Numbered from the stretch's first letter, positions 11,898-25,046 are shown. The stretch is DNA of 64,000 nucleotides from Octopus bimaculoides (GCF_001194135.2 NC_068984.1:37689607-37753606); one strand, 5' to 3'. Translations and numbers: made by a program. The notes: generated by a model from the letters alone, not told the origin.

Positions 11898-12683
11898 CTG
11901 GAAAGGAGATATGTGACAATTCGTCAAAGCTCTTGACAAAAATGGGGAGTGCTTCAAGTATATCTACAGGGTATTTTCTGACTTAACGATTGAAAAACTT
12001 AAAGCAGGGGTTTTTGATGGACCACAGATCCGTAAGCTCTTTAAGGACACAAATTTACTGAAAATGATGAACGAAACTGAAGCATCAGCTTGGTTAGCCT
12101 TTGCAAAAGTAGAGCAAAATTTCCCTGGGAAACACAAAAGTGAAAACTATAAAGACCTTGTTACCAACTCGATATCCACTTTTCGTGATATTGGCGCTAA
12201 TATGAGCATCAAAATGATCGTTTTCCTGAAAATCTCGGAGACGTTAGTGATGAACAAGGCGAACGATTCCATCAGGACATCGAGGAGATGGAAACTCGGT
12301 ACCAAGGACGTTGAGACGCTGTGATGATGGCAGATTATTGTTGGTGTTTAAAACGAGATGTTCTTGTTGCTCAGTATTCACGGTGCACAAAGAAACGTAA
12401 ATTCATTCCTTGAATTTTCTGCCAAAAATCTTTGCCAATGTGCATTTTCAATTTTGAATTTTTATTTGTATTTTGTTTTGCTTTGTGTTGCGCTCTCTTT
12501 ATTGATTCACATTATATGCCACTTGTATGAATAAAATACTTACTCTATCAGGTCTAGTTTTCTAACTAGACCTGATAGAGAAAAACTGAAGTTATTTTTT
12601 TAATTTAGCAGGCAAAATCGCTTAAAAATTCGTTGAAATATTCCAGGCACCAAACAAAAGAAAATTTCTTTTGTTGCCCAGTG
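11898..12683 (+). mobile_element. Chapaev3-like (CMC/Transib/RAG1-related) DNA transposon, 3' part, with a degraded transposase and right end
   Basis: Stitched translation: QFVKALDKNGECFKY...LKAGVFDGPQIRKLFKD...AWLAF...NYKDLV...IGANMSIK..FPENLGDVSDEQGERFHQDIEEMETRYQGR*DAVMMADYCWCLKRD. The terminus TTTTGTTGCCCAGTG fits CAC...GTG ends. The superfamily assignment is from recalled motifs. Confidence 0.7.
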
Positions 12684-12696
12684 TTGTTATTCCAAG

Positions 12697-12915
12697 TTTA
12701 AGGCGGCGAGCTGGCAGAAACGTTAGCACGCCGGGTGAAATGGTTAGCGGTATTTCGTCTGCCGCTACGTTCTGAGTTCAAATTCCGCCGAAGTCGACAT
12801 TGCCTTTGATCCTTTCGGGGTCGATAAATTAAGTACCAGTTGAGTACTGGGATCGATGTAATCGACTATCCCCCTCGCCCAAATTTCAGGCCTTCTTCCT
12901 ATAGTAGAAAGGATT
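12697..12915 (+). mobile_element. SINE family 1, near full length (further copies about 15400-15640 -, 19690-19820 -, 22385-22610 -, 34005-34420 two +, 37120-37530 two -, 39880-40060 -, 40605-40820 +, 41975-42190 +, 42215-42360 -, 49300-49530 +, 53890-54070 +)
   Basis: AAGGCGGCGAGCTGGCAGAAACGTTAGCACGCCGGG head, conserved core, and a tail ending AGAAAGGATTATTATT. Confidence 0.9.
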
Positions 12916-13719
12916 ATTATTCCAAGTTTGTCTCTAATTCTTAGTCCAATGTGCTAATACTTTCTTTTACGACATCAACAACTTCTTTTATTATTATTTC
13001 CCGCCAACCCGTCTCATAAATCTGAATTGGTCGAGTCAGTAGTCATCAGACCTGATCTTATAATTCTGCCTAGCTCCCAAAACCTAAAATTATTATCGAT
13101 TACCACAATTACAAATTCAGACGAGTAATAGTATTGCGAAATCTAATAATATAGACAGAATTCTCAAATAATATATCTGATATACAAGTTGTTCCAAATG
13201 AAACTACTATTAGTAGTAATAGGATAGATTTACAAAGTTAATAATGATGGCATTTACTATTTAACATCAAAATTTTAAAATGAAAAAAAAAATGACTTCA
13301 TTCCAAGTAAGAAAATGAAACAAATTCTAGTACTGAATATTTAATAAATTGTTTTTATTGTTGTTGTTGTTGTTGCTGCTGCTGCTGCTGCTGTTGTTGT
13401 TGTTGTTACTGTTGTTATTGCTGGGTTTTTTACATAGTGACTGTTGTTATTTTGCAAATGATGTTTGTTGTTCTACTTGTTAACATTGCTATTGATAAGA
13501 TCTTAAGAAATTGTTTTGTTTGAAGTCTTGGTTAGGTAATTATTTCGTTTCTTCTGGCATTTTTGATTTTCTTAGTCATTTTAACAACTGCTTCTTGTTC
13601 TTATTCTTGTTATTGTTGAAGTTGTTGTTGTTTATCTCTGAGATAGCATTAAATGAACAGACTTATAATCAAAGAAGTTCCACCCGTGACCATTCCATCT
13701 TTTTGTAACTATATTGTCC

Positions 13720-14035
13720 ATTATGTAGACCCCATATTTTCGAGAACAAGGTTTCGTCTGGGGAAGATTTAACCGTTATTTCTAACGCGCCAAGCAATTG
13801 TGTAGATTCTTTAATTGGCTCGATTAACCACCGTTTCTTGTGGGTTTTTTCCTTTTTAACAAAAACGTTCGATCAAACCCACGATCAAAGGCACTCCAGC
13901 TATGATCGTCCCCTGTTTTTAAGAGTATGCAAGACTATATGATCTAATGTATCGTTTCCTTATTTAAAACTGTAAAATGAGATGTGAGGGACATTTGGCT
14001 GTTATTTCTCGCAGATCAAGCAACTACGAAAAAGC
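13720..14035 (-). mobile_element. Interspersed repeat, family 4 (other pieces about 5590-5633 plus 6207-6560, 37650-37790, 39755-39850, 63690-63880)
   Basis: The motif AGAAATAGCAGCCAAATCTCCCTCAAATCACA...TCTTAAAAA recurs at these loci. Confidence 0.65.
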
Positions 14036-14089
14036 TATTTGTTGTTTGACTTGCAGCTAGTACATTAACAACAAGTCTTAATTGAACGG

Positions 14090-14330
14090 TTCCATCCAAT
14101 CTCTCTTATCTGTTCTCCTACAGTGCTCTCTGTTCCTCTGAAAATTCCCTTACCCAAACCTATTAGATGTATACAACAATCCATTTCCTCTCACCCCTTG
14201 CAATATGTTTTAAATCACTTCCGAATATCCTTAAAATTTCTTTGCCTAATCTTTCATCCGTCTCCCAAGGGTATACTCTTCTGTAATACTTTTCACTTAA
14301 TCCAAGATCCCTTTGTAATCATGTGTGTCT
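14090..14330 (-). mobile_element. Possible decayed LINE ORF2 C-terminal fragment
   Basis: Minus-strand translation LGLSEKYYRRVYPWETDERLGKEILRIFGSDLKHIARGERKWI resembles LINE ORF2 tails. Stops are present, and the resemblance was judged by eye only. Confidence 0.35.
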
Positions 14331-17300
14331 AACTTTCTATCAAGCTATCGCTCACTAAGAGGACTAATATTTTTTTCTCGTAGCATATTTGCTTGTAGTT
14401 AGCTTTTTAATACTCAATTTTTTTACTAAATGTATCAATACTAACTTAGTTTACATGGAAATCGTATTACGGTTTATTTAATTTCTAAATAAATTTATTT
14501 TCCCACGCCAATAAAATGTACACACTGGTATATTTTACTTAGTGGTTCTATCATTTATACTACATCACAAAAACAGTAGAGGCTACACATTACCGATGAT
14601 GTTAGAATAAAATGAAAACGATACCCTGAGTTGTTTCCCCGTATTTACAGGGAAAATAAATACATCATCATTGTCTAATATTTTTACGCCAAATTTTTAA
14701 CAATTTCTTTTAAATTAATAAGCAGGAAGTGGAATTAATAATAATTGGCATTCAATATTTGCAGCAGTAGCCAAGTTCCAAAAGCAAAAACAAAAAGCTG
14801 AATTTCTTTTTCCATAAAAATTACCAATATTGTCTCTCATGCTACAACATAAAATTAATAGTTGCAAGACATAACTTAGGTTTAATCTTGTTGTTGTCTA
14901 CGTTTTTTTTTATATTATTATTTTTACTGAGGTAGTAGCACATAACTTAGGTTTAATCTTGTTTTCTTCTTTTTTTTAACTCAAATAGAAGCCAAATTAT
15001 TATGGTTGAAATAATTTCTCTCTACAAAATAAAACATATTTCGTTGCCTGAAAATCAAATTTTCTCTTTATCAGAAAATAGACCTCAGAGAATAAAAGCA
15101 ATTCTGAAACAATGGTAACTATTCTTCCTGATAAATTACAACATAATTTTCTCCATCAGTCACTTCCAAATTTCCAGCATAGACACAGTTTCTTTATTTT
15201 TTTACAGATATGACAGAAGATATTCGAGGAGGAATAATAATGGTTTCTTAGATTAGCACAAGGTCATCAATTTTGAAGGTGGGAAACAGTCGGCTAAATT
15301 TCTCCCAGTTCTTGACTCGTACTTACTTTGTTGTTCCTGTAATGATGAAATGCAAAGTGGAAACAGACGAAGATTGAATTGAGAACACTACCAATTCTGC
15401 GATTATAATAATAAATTCTGGCATAAATTCCTACATAGGAGCTCGGCCAAAAATTTGGAGGAAAAAGTTAGTCGATTAGATTGCTCCCAGTATTTGACTG
15501 GCACTATATTTTATCAATCCTAAAATTATGTAAAACAAAGTTGACCTCGGATGATTTCAATTCAGAGCACGAGAAGCTGCAACAAATACCGCAATGCATT
15601 TTGTCTGGTACTCTAAAGAATCTGCCAAGTAGTTCTCACTTTTGCGGAATAATAAAGATTTCTAATGTGTATCGCGGCAGGGGGTGAATAATACTCTTAA
15701 GGTTATCATTTACTTTTCCGCGACTAATTCTACGTCTTCTAGCTAATCCAATTCTTGACCAAATTAAATGCAGTTACATTCTTTGAAATGGACCAGTGTT
15801 CCGCTACATTTTGAGGTATCATAAATGAAAACTGGTTGGGTGAAAAAAAAAAGTTACTATAAAATATATGTTCAAAAATGGAATAGTAATGTATATATGC
15901 AAATTCTAATCAGTATAGTTTCCTTATGTTTTAGTATTCTTGTTTTAATTACACTTAAATAAAAATTACACTTCAATAAAAATTCGAATGATAGAAAGCT
16001 AATTCTTTAAACCTCATCAAAAGTGATGCATTAAAAAAAAACATGAGGAAAAAGTGATCAAATATAAATAAGAGTAAGGCCCACATTCTTCTATAAACCA
16101 CATTTCTGTTATTTAAAATAAACATTTGGTATAATTATATGCTTATATGAAAGATTTCAATGAAAAGAATATATTTCTGTAAACCAAGTTAAAATTGGAG
16201 CAGAAGAAAAACAAAGGGGCAAAAAGTGGTCAAATTGGAATGAGAAAAAAGCCTAAATGTGTCTTCAAACCATCATATCTCGCTCATTCTAGAAAAACTA
16301 GAAAGCTTTCTTTAAATATTTAACTTAGAGAAATCTAATAGTGAAAATCGCATAAAATTTGATACCGTAGATAAGAGACTTCTGGTACAAAAAACGATCC
16401 AGCTTGAGGAAGACTACTAATAAATTTTGTAAGATTGGAAGCCTTGTAATTATACTTTAAGCGCACAGAGAAGAGGGGAAGCGTTGCACTTGTTCCAAAT
16501 TTTGACTGGTTTCAGTTTAATTCTAGTTTTGGTTGAGTTCCATCTAGATATGTTTTTTGGGAGGGTATGGGTTTGTGTGGGTTTTTGGAAGGTAGTGTTT
16601 CATATGCTAAAAGTTTTCCGATTTTCCAATTTTTTAAAAATTATATATATAAATCATACGTGGAGAGCGAATTTTAGATGTCATTTTAGAGCGAATTTTA
16701 GGTGCAAATTTCAAGTGAGAAAAATAGTGGTTTTAGGTGCAAAACATGTCGTTTTTCAGTGCGATCGTTCGATTTAAGAAGAAATAAGTGCGGCATTTGA
16801 AATGAAATAAAAGCCTAGAATATACAGAAATAAACTTCGCTAACTTGAGTAAGCGAAACGAATAAGTAAATGCTTAAAAGTAGATTATTAAATGTCAGTA
16901 TTATGGATTTCTGTTTTCATTCGTCAATAGTTTTATTAAGTTAGCCTTTTGAAGGAGCCATCATTGAAAATAAGGCATTTTTTAATATCAAAAAAAGGAT
17001 ACTTGGTAAAGTCATGGCAAATTGATAACACATTTCGAAAAGGAAAGAAAAATAATATCCGGGTTCCTCAAGGGCATTTTTTATAATTTACCTTTTGACT
17101 ATAGATTAAGCTTTTAAAAAGAAAATTTTGGGACGTTTATATTTTTTTTTAATCTTTGCCTCAATAGCAATTACTTTTGTCTGTAAAATACGTTTCTGTA
17201 AAGGCAGTGTACAAAAGGAGAAAATGCGGGCACAGGAATGATAATATTCTTAATTAAGTGAATTGGAAAAGAAAAAGTCTAGAAAAAGTGGAAGCTCAAA

Positions 17301-17391
17301 GATATTGTAGCTTAAGATGGAATTTGGATTTAAATAATATACCTTTGTAGAAGTGGTTTGGATGGAAAAAAAGATAGAGAAGTGCATTGTA

Positions 17392-18020
17392 TGTAGTGTG
17401 ATCAATATGTATCCGGATTGTTGCCATAGTAATGAATCTAAAGTACACTGAGTAAAGCCACTTGGCACAGATTGACCTTGAACTCTGCTGTGCAGGCACA
17501 CTAAGTTTTAACATCCTAGCTCACTTCCACTATTTACAGCAGTGCTTGGAAGGAAGGTGTGTAGCGTGTCGCATTGACCATGACAGAGAAAGTTGAGCAA
17601 AGAATTTGCATCAAATTTTGCCAAAAGCTTCGCGATGCCTGCTCAGAGGCGTACGTAAAGTTTTCGGAACGTTTTCATTGTTCTCGACACAATCAAAGAG
17701 ATTTTATACAACTGCAACCCGAGTGTCTTTTTTGGTCAGCTGAAAGCAGTTTGGGCAGAAACTTGGTAGACACGCGTCTCATATCCAAATCTTCAGTGAT
17801 AATGGACTGAACTGAACCATAACTAATTTACACATCCTCTGATAACTCACAGATGGTGATTCGACGATTTCCCCTTACCTTATAGCTGCACGCACATTTA
17901 CGATGTTTTTCTCAGTTCTGTTGGCTGCAGGTCTCCCAGAACGTTCGTCAATAACGATATTTTTTCGTCCATCTTGGAAGCGTCTGAACCACTCGTACAC
18001 TTATGTGCAACTCATACACT

Positions 18021-18022
<2 letters not shown>
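17392..18022 (-). mobile_element. Mariner-family non-autonomous element: internal transposase fragment plus right arm
   Basis: The minus strand reads ECMSCT*VYEWFRRFQDGRKNIVIDERSGRP...SYGSVQSIITEDLDMRRVSTKFLPKLLSADQK. It then joins an inverted arm containing MTEKVEQRICIKFCQKL, with the same junction as in the 52039-52912 copy. Confidence 0.85.
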
Positions 18023-18071
<49 letters not shown>

Positions 18072-21000
18072 NNNNNNNNNNNNNNNNNNNNNNNNNNNNN
18101 NNNNNNNNNNNNNNNNNNNNNNNNNNNNNNNNNNNNNNNNNNNNNNNNNNNNNNNNNNNNNNNNNNNNNNNNNNNNNNNNNNNNNNNNNNNNNNNNNNNN
18201 NNNNNNNNNNNNNNNNNNNNNNNNNNNNNNNNNNNNNNNNNNNNNNNNNNNNNNNNNNNNNNNNNNNNNNNNNNNNNNNNNNNNNNNNNNNNNNNNNNNN
18301 NNNNNNNNNNNNNNNNNNNNNNNNNNNNNNNNNNNNNNNNNNNNNNNNNNNNNNNNNNNNNNNNNNNNNNNNNNNNNNNNNNNNNNNNNNNNNNNNNNNN
18401 NNNNNNNNNNNNNNNNNNNNNNNNNNNNNNNNNNNNNNNNNNNNNNNNNNNNNNNNNNNNNNNNNNNNNNNNNNNNNNNNNNNNNNNNNNNNNNNNNNNN
18501 NNNNNNNNNNNNNNNNNNNNNNNNNNNNNNNNNNNNNNNNNNNNNNNNNNNNNNNNNNNNNNNNNNNNNNNNNNNNNNNNNNNNNNNNNNNNNNNNNNNN
18601 NNNNNNNNNNNNNNNNNNNNNNNNNNNNNNNNNNNNNNNNNNNNNNNNNNNNNNNNNNNNNNNNNNNNNNNNNNNNNNNNNNNNNNNNNNNNNNNNNNNN
18701 NNNNNNNNNNNNNNNNNNNNNNNNNNNNNNNNNNNNNNNNNNNNNNNNNNNNNNNNNNNNNNNNNNNNNNNNNNNNNNNNATATATATATATATATACAT
18801 GTATGTCTATATGTATATATGTGTGTGTATGTATGCATGTATGTTTTATATATGTGTGTATGTGTGTATGCTTTATATATATATAGTATAGCATAGTTTA
18901 GTATAGTATAGTATAGTATAATATTATATAGTATAGTTTCAATATATTATGAATTTATTGTGAACAGCTTTCAGTACATCCTTTTAACTTAATTATTCAA
19001 ATTCATGATTCATAAAATTGTTGCATTTTGAGGGTGAGGTCGTAATTATTACTTTTTGTGTTGTTAATTATGCAAATTATCCTTACTGAAAAAGAAACGT
19101 ACTTAATTAGTAATCTTGATACACAAATCACAGTACACTTTAGACCGGGATTCAGTTTACTAGAAAACGAGTGTATCTTTTCCAGGATGAAAAACCTTGA
19201 GTGATCGGATTACAGCATTAGTTAAGGAGGCGGAAGATGATGGACCATATTCCAACAGAGATATGGCTGGGGGAAATCGGAAATTATACTCTATTAAGTT
19301 TAACAAAAACATATTAGAGGACAATTAGTTAATTAGAGAATGATTTATAAACAATCCTTCTTTGTTAATGTATTAGCCACAGGAAAGTTTACTGCCTTGG
19401 TCATTTATTGGTGCTAAATGAATGTTGTTAGACTCGAACATACAAAACCCGATAACCGCAGCTAGCATGTTGATTTTGTGCCATCTATGGAGCAAGAGGT
19501 CGGCAATTTATATTTTCTCACTGGTATTACATTGTGTACCTGGTAAACTTAATTTTCGGCGAACTATAAATAGATGCTTTGGAAAGGCGCAGATCACACT
19601 TGTATACAGTTAAGTCACCGAAAAATTGATATCTTACGTTTACAAAAAGAAAGTCACAGACAGTATTTTTAAGCGATTAACTTAATCCTGACCTGATATC
19701 TATTTTAGCAAGCCAAGAAAAATAAAAGACAAAGTCGACTCCATCAGGATTTGAACGCAGAGCATAAAGATAGGAAAGAATGTGGCATTTTATCTGATAC
19801 TCTACAGGTTCTTCTCCGCTCCTCACCACCTGCTGATGTTTCTAGAATTGAATTAGTGTTTCATTAGCTTGGAGAGCCAAGCTCAAATCAAGGCATGAAC
19901 CAAAACGTCAACTTCAATAATTTCGGTTATTGAGTTAATGCGTTGTTAGTGACAATGTTAAAGCCTCTACAGCTATTGTCCTTAGCTCTGCTGCAGTTTC
20001 ATGACAAAATTTGTTTATCATTGGAGTCGTATCAGGTCAACTATAATTATTTCTATCCGAAGAAAATGCGTTTAACAGCACGTTTAAATGGTTTGGAGAC
20101 CTGACTACGACGTCTATCGAAATGGTTGTTGTAAATTTGTCGGCTCTATTGGAGAATTCTATAGTGAAACTGTTCTGGAGCAGAGGGATTGGTTTTAATA
20201 CCGAATATCATATGAATAATACAGTATGAGAAGCTAAAAAAGATCGGATGTTACCGAGATGTTGATGCAGATAAGCAAGCCTAGGGAAGTAAGTGAGCCA
20301 ATATTTTGTTGACAGCTTTTGGTGGGCTATTCCTATATTCTTACATTCTTTTACTCACGTTCGTCTTCCTCCCTCTTCTTTCGCCTTTCTTCTTTCTCTC
20401 ATTCTCACTCCCACTTCCTCATACACAAACACACGCATCACCGCCATCACCAACAGGGTACACCAAATACTTTATAGCAAAGCAGGAAATATAACTTTCC
20501 ATATAGATCTATCGTATGTGAGATATGAAATCTTCAATCTTGAAACCTTCAAACATTTGCCGGAAACACAAACCACATAAATATATTTTATGATATCAGT
20601 TTAGAATTACGTCTCCAAGGCTGAGCTTCAAATTTCGATTGTGTTACGAAGCTTGGCTTTTGAATATCACAGTTGTAATATTAAGCTTGCAAATGTGTGC
20701 ACTGGTGCATGTGACTGCAATTGTGAATATCCATATCGGTGTTCGCTAACGGAAAAATCTGAAAACTTGATTTGTACATTGGCAGTATCGGAAGGATTTA
20801 ATATTTCAAGTCATGTTAAGCCAAATGAACCTGCCACGTGACAGAAACGATAAAAGGACATCAAGAGAAAGCAAAATTAGGTTGGTTGTAATACAAACCC
20901 TTTAAATGACATGTAGTGATAAGTGGTTGAGCCAATGTATCTTTTGAAAGCTGCATATAAAACACGTCCTTCTTACATGTATATTTCGGTTACGAAATAA

Positions 21001-23410
21001 TTACATTGAATGTTTCCCGGTGGACGAAATTTGCCAAATAAAAAAGAATCTTTAAATGTCTATTTTTAAAAACCAATTATGTAATATTTAAGCTATTTAA
21101 TCCTCTGAAGACAAGCGTGTTTAATAAGTTTGCAATACAGATATATTTCTTTCTAGCTATGAATGGCATGTAAATACACTTCATCCTTTTTATTAAAAAC
21201 TAGTAAGCTATTTAGGCTATTCAAATACCACATTGATTCTATGTTGTCTTATATATATATATATATATATATATNNNNNNNNNNNNNNNNNNNNNNNNNN
21301 NNNNNNNNNNNNNNNNNNNNNNNNNNNNNTATATATATTCCAATCCGAATGATCAGATATGTCTATAAATATCATGATAGCTGAAAGACAATGTTTCTTC
21401 GTTTTAGATAGAGCATAGTAACGGTTTAATATATATATATATATATTAAAATTTAATGAAAGTATTCACAAGATTAATTTATATATATTCCGTCAACTTG
21501 AGAAATACTTTCTTTTAATTCTTTGTGCTTTACGACAGGTTCTATTCGAGGAATGAGAAGAACATGGAAGATAAAATTGGTCCAGAATGTTGAACAGTAA
21601 AATAAATAAATGTGCAATTTTACAATAAAATGTCAAATAATTTAAGTGTGTGCTTCTATGTTGCAGCAGAATCATACTAGTTAAGAGATAAGCTGATGAA
21701 GTACTTTAGTCACTGACTTTATACGTTAATCTAAGAAAACGAAGGCATAGCTTTGTTGTTTCGAAGTTCACGTCGAACCCACTGTATGGTCTCTTTGGCG
21801 AGTATCGTCTACAATTGCTTTGGATTGACTATAGCCTTGAGAGCGTAATTTGGCCGGCAGAAACCGTGTTGAAGACTGTTAGATGGACCGTTCTTATCCT
21901 TAATCTGTACACAACTTAGTGCCATCATCTATGTCCCTAATGAATCCCACTCTGCTGAAAACATTCAAACCAGGCATTTAGTTTCATAATAACTTCCTCA
22001 GTCCCGTCCATCCTCCCTCAAGTCAAGCAGGCCCTGAAAAGAGTTATGAACGCTGTCCTCTCTACTTCGACTAAGCCATTAAAAATGGACCGTTTCTTCT
22101 ATGTCCCATGATAATTTTAGTTATAAGTTTATCATGGGAGATATTTAACTACAATCAGCCAATCGTTTAAAATGCATATTCGAAAATGTTTTATGAGAGA
22201 AAATAAATACATAAATAAACGTGTGAGTGGTGTGGTAAATTTTTTGACTCATTTTAATGACTTCGTTAGAGGAAGAAAGGCAACACACATGACCCTTTTC
22301 AGAACCGCTATGACTGGTGAATGGAATGGAGAAGCTTACCCTTAAACTGAAGACCGGACCTGAATGCTTGCAACAGAGCAGATGCCGCTAAAATTGATTT
22401 CTAATTTTGGCACAAGGCCAGCAATTATGGGGGGGGGGAATAAGTCGATTACGTCGACCCCAGAACTTAACTGGTACTTATTTTATCTACCAAGAGAGGA
22501 TGAAAGGAAAAGTCGACGTCGGTGGTGTTTGAACTCAGAACATAAAGACGGGCAAAATGCCACTACGCGTTTTGCCCGGCGTACTAACGATTCACCCAGC
22601 TCGCCGTAAGGATGCCACTAAAATTACCAACGGACAAAGCAGCGCTTTTAAAGAAAATGTATCAGTAAAGAGTTCGCTTTCATATAGTGTTCTTACACAT
22701 AACAGCCGAAAGTGGGTTATTTTCTGTACTGTGCCATACCTCTTCCAAGCTTATCCTTTGTCTAAAGTTGACCAACGTCCAGTATTTCCCCTTTGGCTTG
22801 CGACGCTAGCAAAGCATAAGTTGCTGTTAATGGTAATATTTTTCTCAATGGTATTTAAGTTCCCATTTTCACTTCAGAAGCTGTAACTGTCAATGTTTAT
22901 AAATGACCCCGAATATTTCTTTATCTTTTTTGCTGTTTATCTTTCTAATAATTTTTTAAATCTGTTTTTGTTATTTTAACTTAAAAACAGATTTTTAAAA
23001 ACTCTTGAGGCTGTGTTCTCTGTTATCAACTTTGTGGTAAGCCTCTGCTTCTGTTACCTCAGAAGTGACCAAATGAAACGAATATAATGAACAAAGTAAA
23101 ATGAATGGTGGCTGCAATGAACAAAATTAAACGGGTGTTTGCAAACACAAAAATATATGTTGAATACAAATGTCTAAAGCCGTTTCTTCTTTCCTATCCA
23201 CAGGAAAATGGATGGTCGGTTGAATATAGAAGGAAGCTTTTTATGGATAAGAATTTTTTTTTTTCTCCTGAAAACGTATTCCTGCAGAAAAATATCTTCT
23301 AAACGAAGCACTATGAAAACACGTGAGCACACGGTAAACAACAACAACAATAGCACCAATAATGTGTATATATANNNNNNNNNNNNNNNNNNNNNNNNNN
23401 NNNNNNNNNN

Positions 23411-23469
<59 letters not shown>

Positions 23470-23803
23470 AGTTCGATTGTCTTTTCAGTTTTGTTTCCAT
23501 GAATTTCCATAATTAATTGTTCTTTCAAATTATCTTCGCTTAATTTTGTAATTATCTCTGCTACGATAATGATTTCTGATATTTATTGTTCGAGCGAGCG
23601 GAATAGTGAATGAGAGGGGAAAGCTGTTACTAAGCCGGCATTGTTAGTAGGTAGGTTTCCATTCTGGCCTTAAGGTCACACTTACTTTCTAGTGTCCATT
23701 CTCAATTTCATTGTCATGTGTCTAAATATGAAATCATAATTACATAGGTTGAAAACGAATTTTTGCTTGATCATGTCTCTCTCTCCCTCCTCATTCTCTC
23801 CTT

Positions 23804-23837
<34 letters not shown>

Positions 23838-24234
23838 GTAGATGGATGTGGCGGGTCCGTGTTTGTATCTAAAAACTTGGTGTTATTTGTGTTGTGTCTA
23901 TTTATAGACCGTAACTTCGTTGTTCAAAAACCCGATTGAAGTGATGGGGTTCATTTGATGTACTGCAACAATTGAAGGCGGTATTGAAACCAATGAATAA
24001 ATGAATATAATTGCGTGTGTGTATGTTCATTATTTACATTGGATGGATAGGTGTCCTCACCTTGGTTGTTGTTACCAACACGTTTTTTTCGGATGATGTA
24101 CTCTCCAGCCTTAAACAGGTGTCCTGGTGGAGTTTCGAACCCAACCCTTTTTTGACTAACGGGATGCTCTGTTCTCATTCCTAAAGTATTCTTTTTTTGC
24201 TGATGTTATTTTTTCTACTGATATTATTTCCCAA

Positions 24235-24306
24235 CTCCCTGCCTGTGGTTAAACTCAGGATCCGAAGGTTAGTAGCCCGCGCTCTTATCCACTACGCTAT
24301 ATGCCC
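24235..24306 (-). promoter_or_regulatory. tRNA-like internal Pol III promoter segment in the Penelope 3' repeat
   Basis: The minus strand reads GGGCATATAGCGTAGTGGATAAGAGCGCGGGCTACTAACC..., with an A-box-like TAGCGTAGTGG and a 7-nt loop CTACTAA. The B box is degraded here but better preserved (GATTCGATTCC) in the copy at 25190-25201. Confidence 0.7.
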
Positions 24307-24335
24307 GTAGGTAATTATATAGTGAGTTTTGGGAC

Positions 24336-24990
24336 TTATAAACGTAATATTTTATCTTTTCTTAATACCAGTTCCCATATTACGTTCATGTCTGCACTAG
24401 GTCTGCTTATGATGTTATTGCGTCCTACTATATGTGCTGCCTCTTTTAATTTTCGTATTTCCCAGTGGTGTTCTCTGTCTATTATTTTAACTTCATCCCA
24501 CAGGGGGAGGTGGTCTCCATTTTTCCAAAAATGATCGGCTATACCCGATTTTTCAATATCTCCTTGTGTCACAGCTTTACGATATTCCTCTACCGCTATC
24601 TTAAGGAGGTAGCATGTTTTGCCTTTGTATAACCTACTGCAAATGCATGGAATAGAATGCACGCATTTTTTGGTTATATTCTCTTTTATGGGTGGTTTTA
24701 CTAGGAGGAGATATTTGCGAAGTGTTGTATTACTGCTGAATACTGTCCTGGTGTCATATGGACCGCATATCTTTTGTGTCTTTTCCGAGAGGACTTTGAC
24801 ATAGGGTAGACAGACTGCGATCAATTTATGGGTTTCATCCTCTCTCCTCTTCCTAAGTAGAGTTGATAGTATGTTTTCTGGGTAGTCGTTGAATAGTAGA
24901 TTGTTCCTTAGCCTGATAACATCTTCGTGGTGTGTATCAGGATCGCTACTTATATTCTTTGCGCGATGTTTTAGGCACTGAGTAACACCT
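24336..24990 (-). pseudogene. Penelope-like RT thumb and GIY-YIG endonuclease coding remnant (open frame, degenerate GIY/YIG motifs)
   Basis: CLPYVKVLSEKTQKI...VFSSNTTLRKYL...CVHSIPCICSRLYKGKT...KSGIADHFWKNGDHLPLWDEVKIIDREHHWEIRKLKEAAHI is the typical Penelope C-terminal layout. The ATG at 25097 in the ORF track lies in the inverted repeat and is not a real start. Confidence 0.85.
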
Positions 24991-25000
24991 ATTCCACCAG

Positions 25001-25046
25001 AACACCTGATGAAGGCTGGAGAGTATATAAGCCGAAACGTTGTGGT
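25001..25046 (+). ncRNA. Minimal (Penelope-type) hammerhead ribozyme motif, copy 1
   Basis: AACAC-CTGATGA-A-GGCT(G GAGAGTATAT A)AGCC-GAAA-CGT-T-GTGGT: core CUGAUGA/GAAA, stem II GGCT/AGCC, palindromic ACGT in place of stem III, and stem I with 4 of 5 pairs. Confidence 0.75.

Noticed and set aside
24235-24306. Possible functional tRNA gene (ACT anticodon loop)
   Set aside because: The acceptor and T stems do not pair properly and the sequence is embedded in a repeat, so it is treated as a tRNA-derived head.
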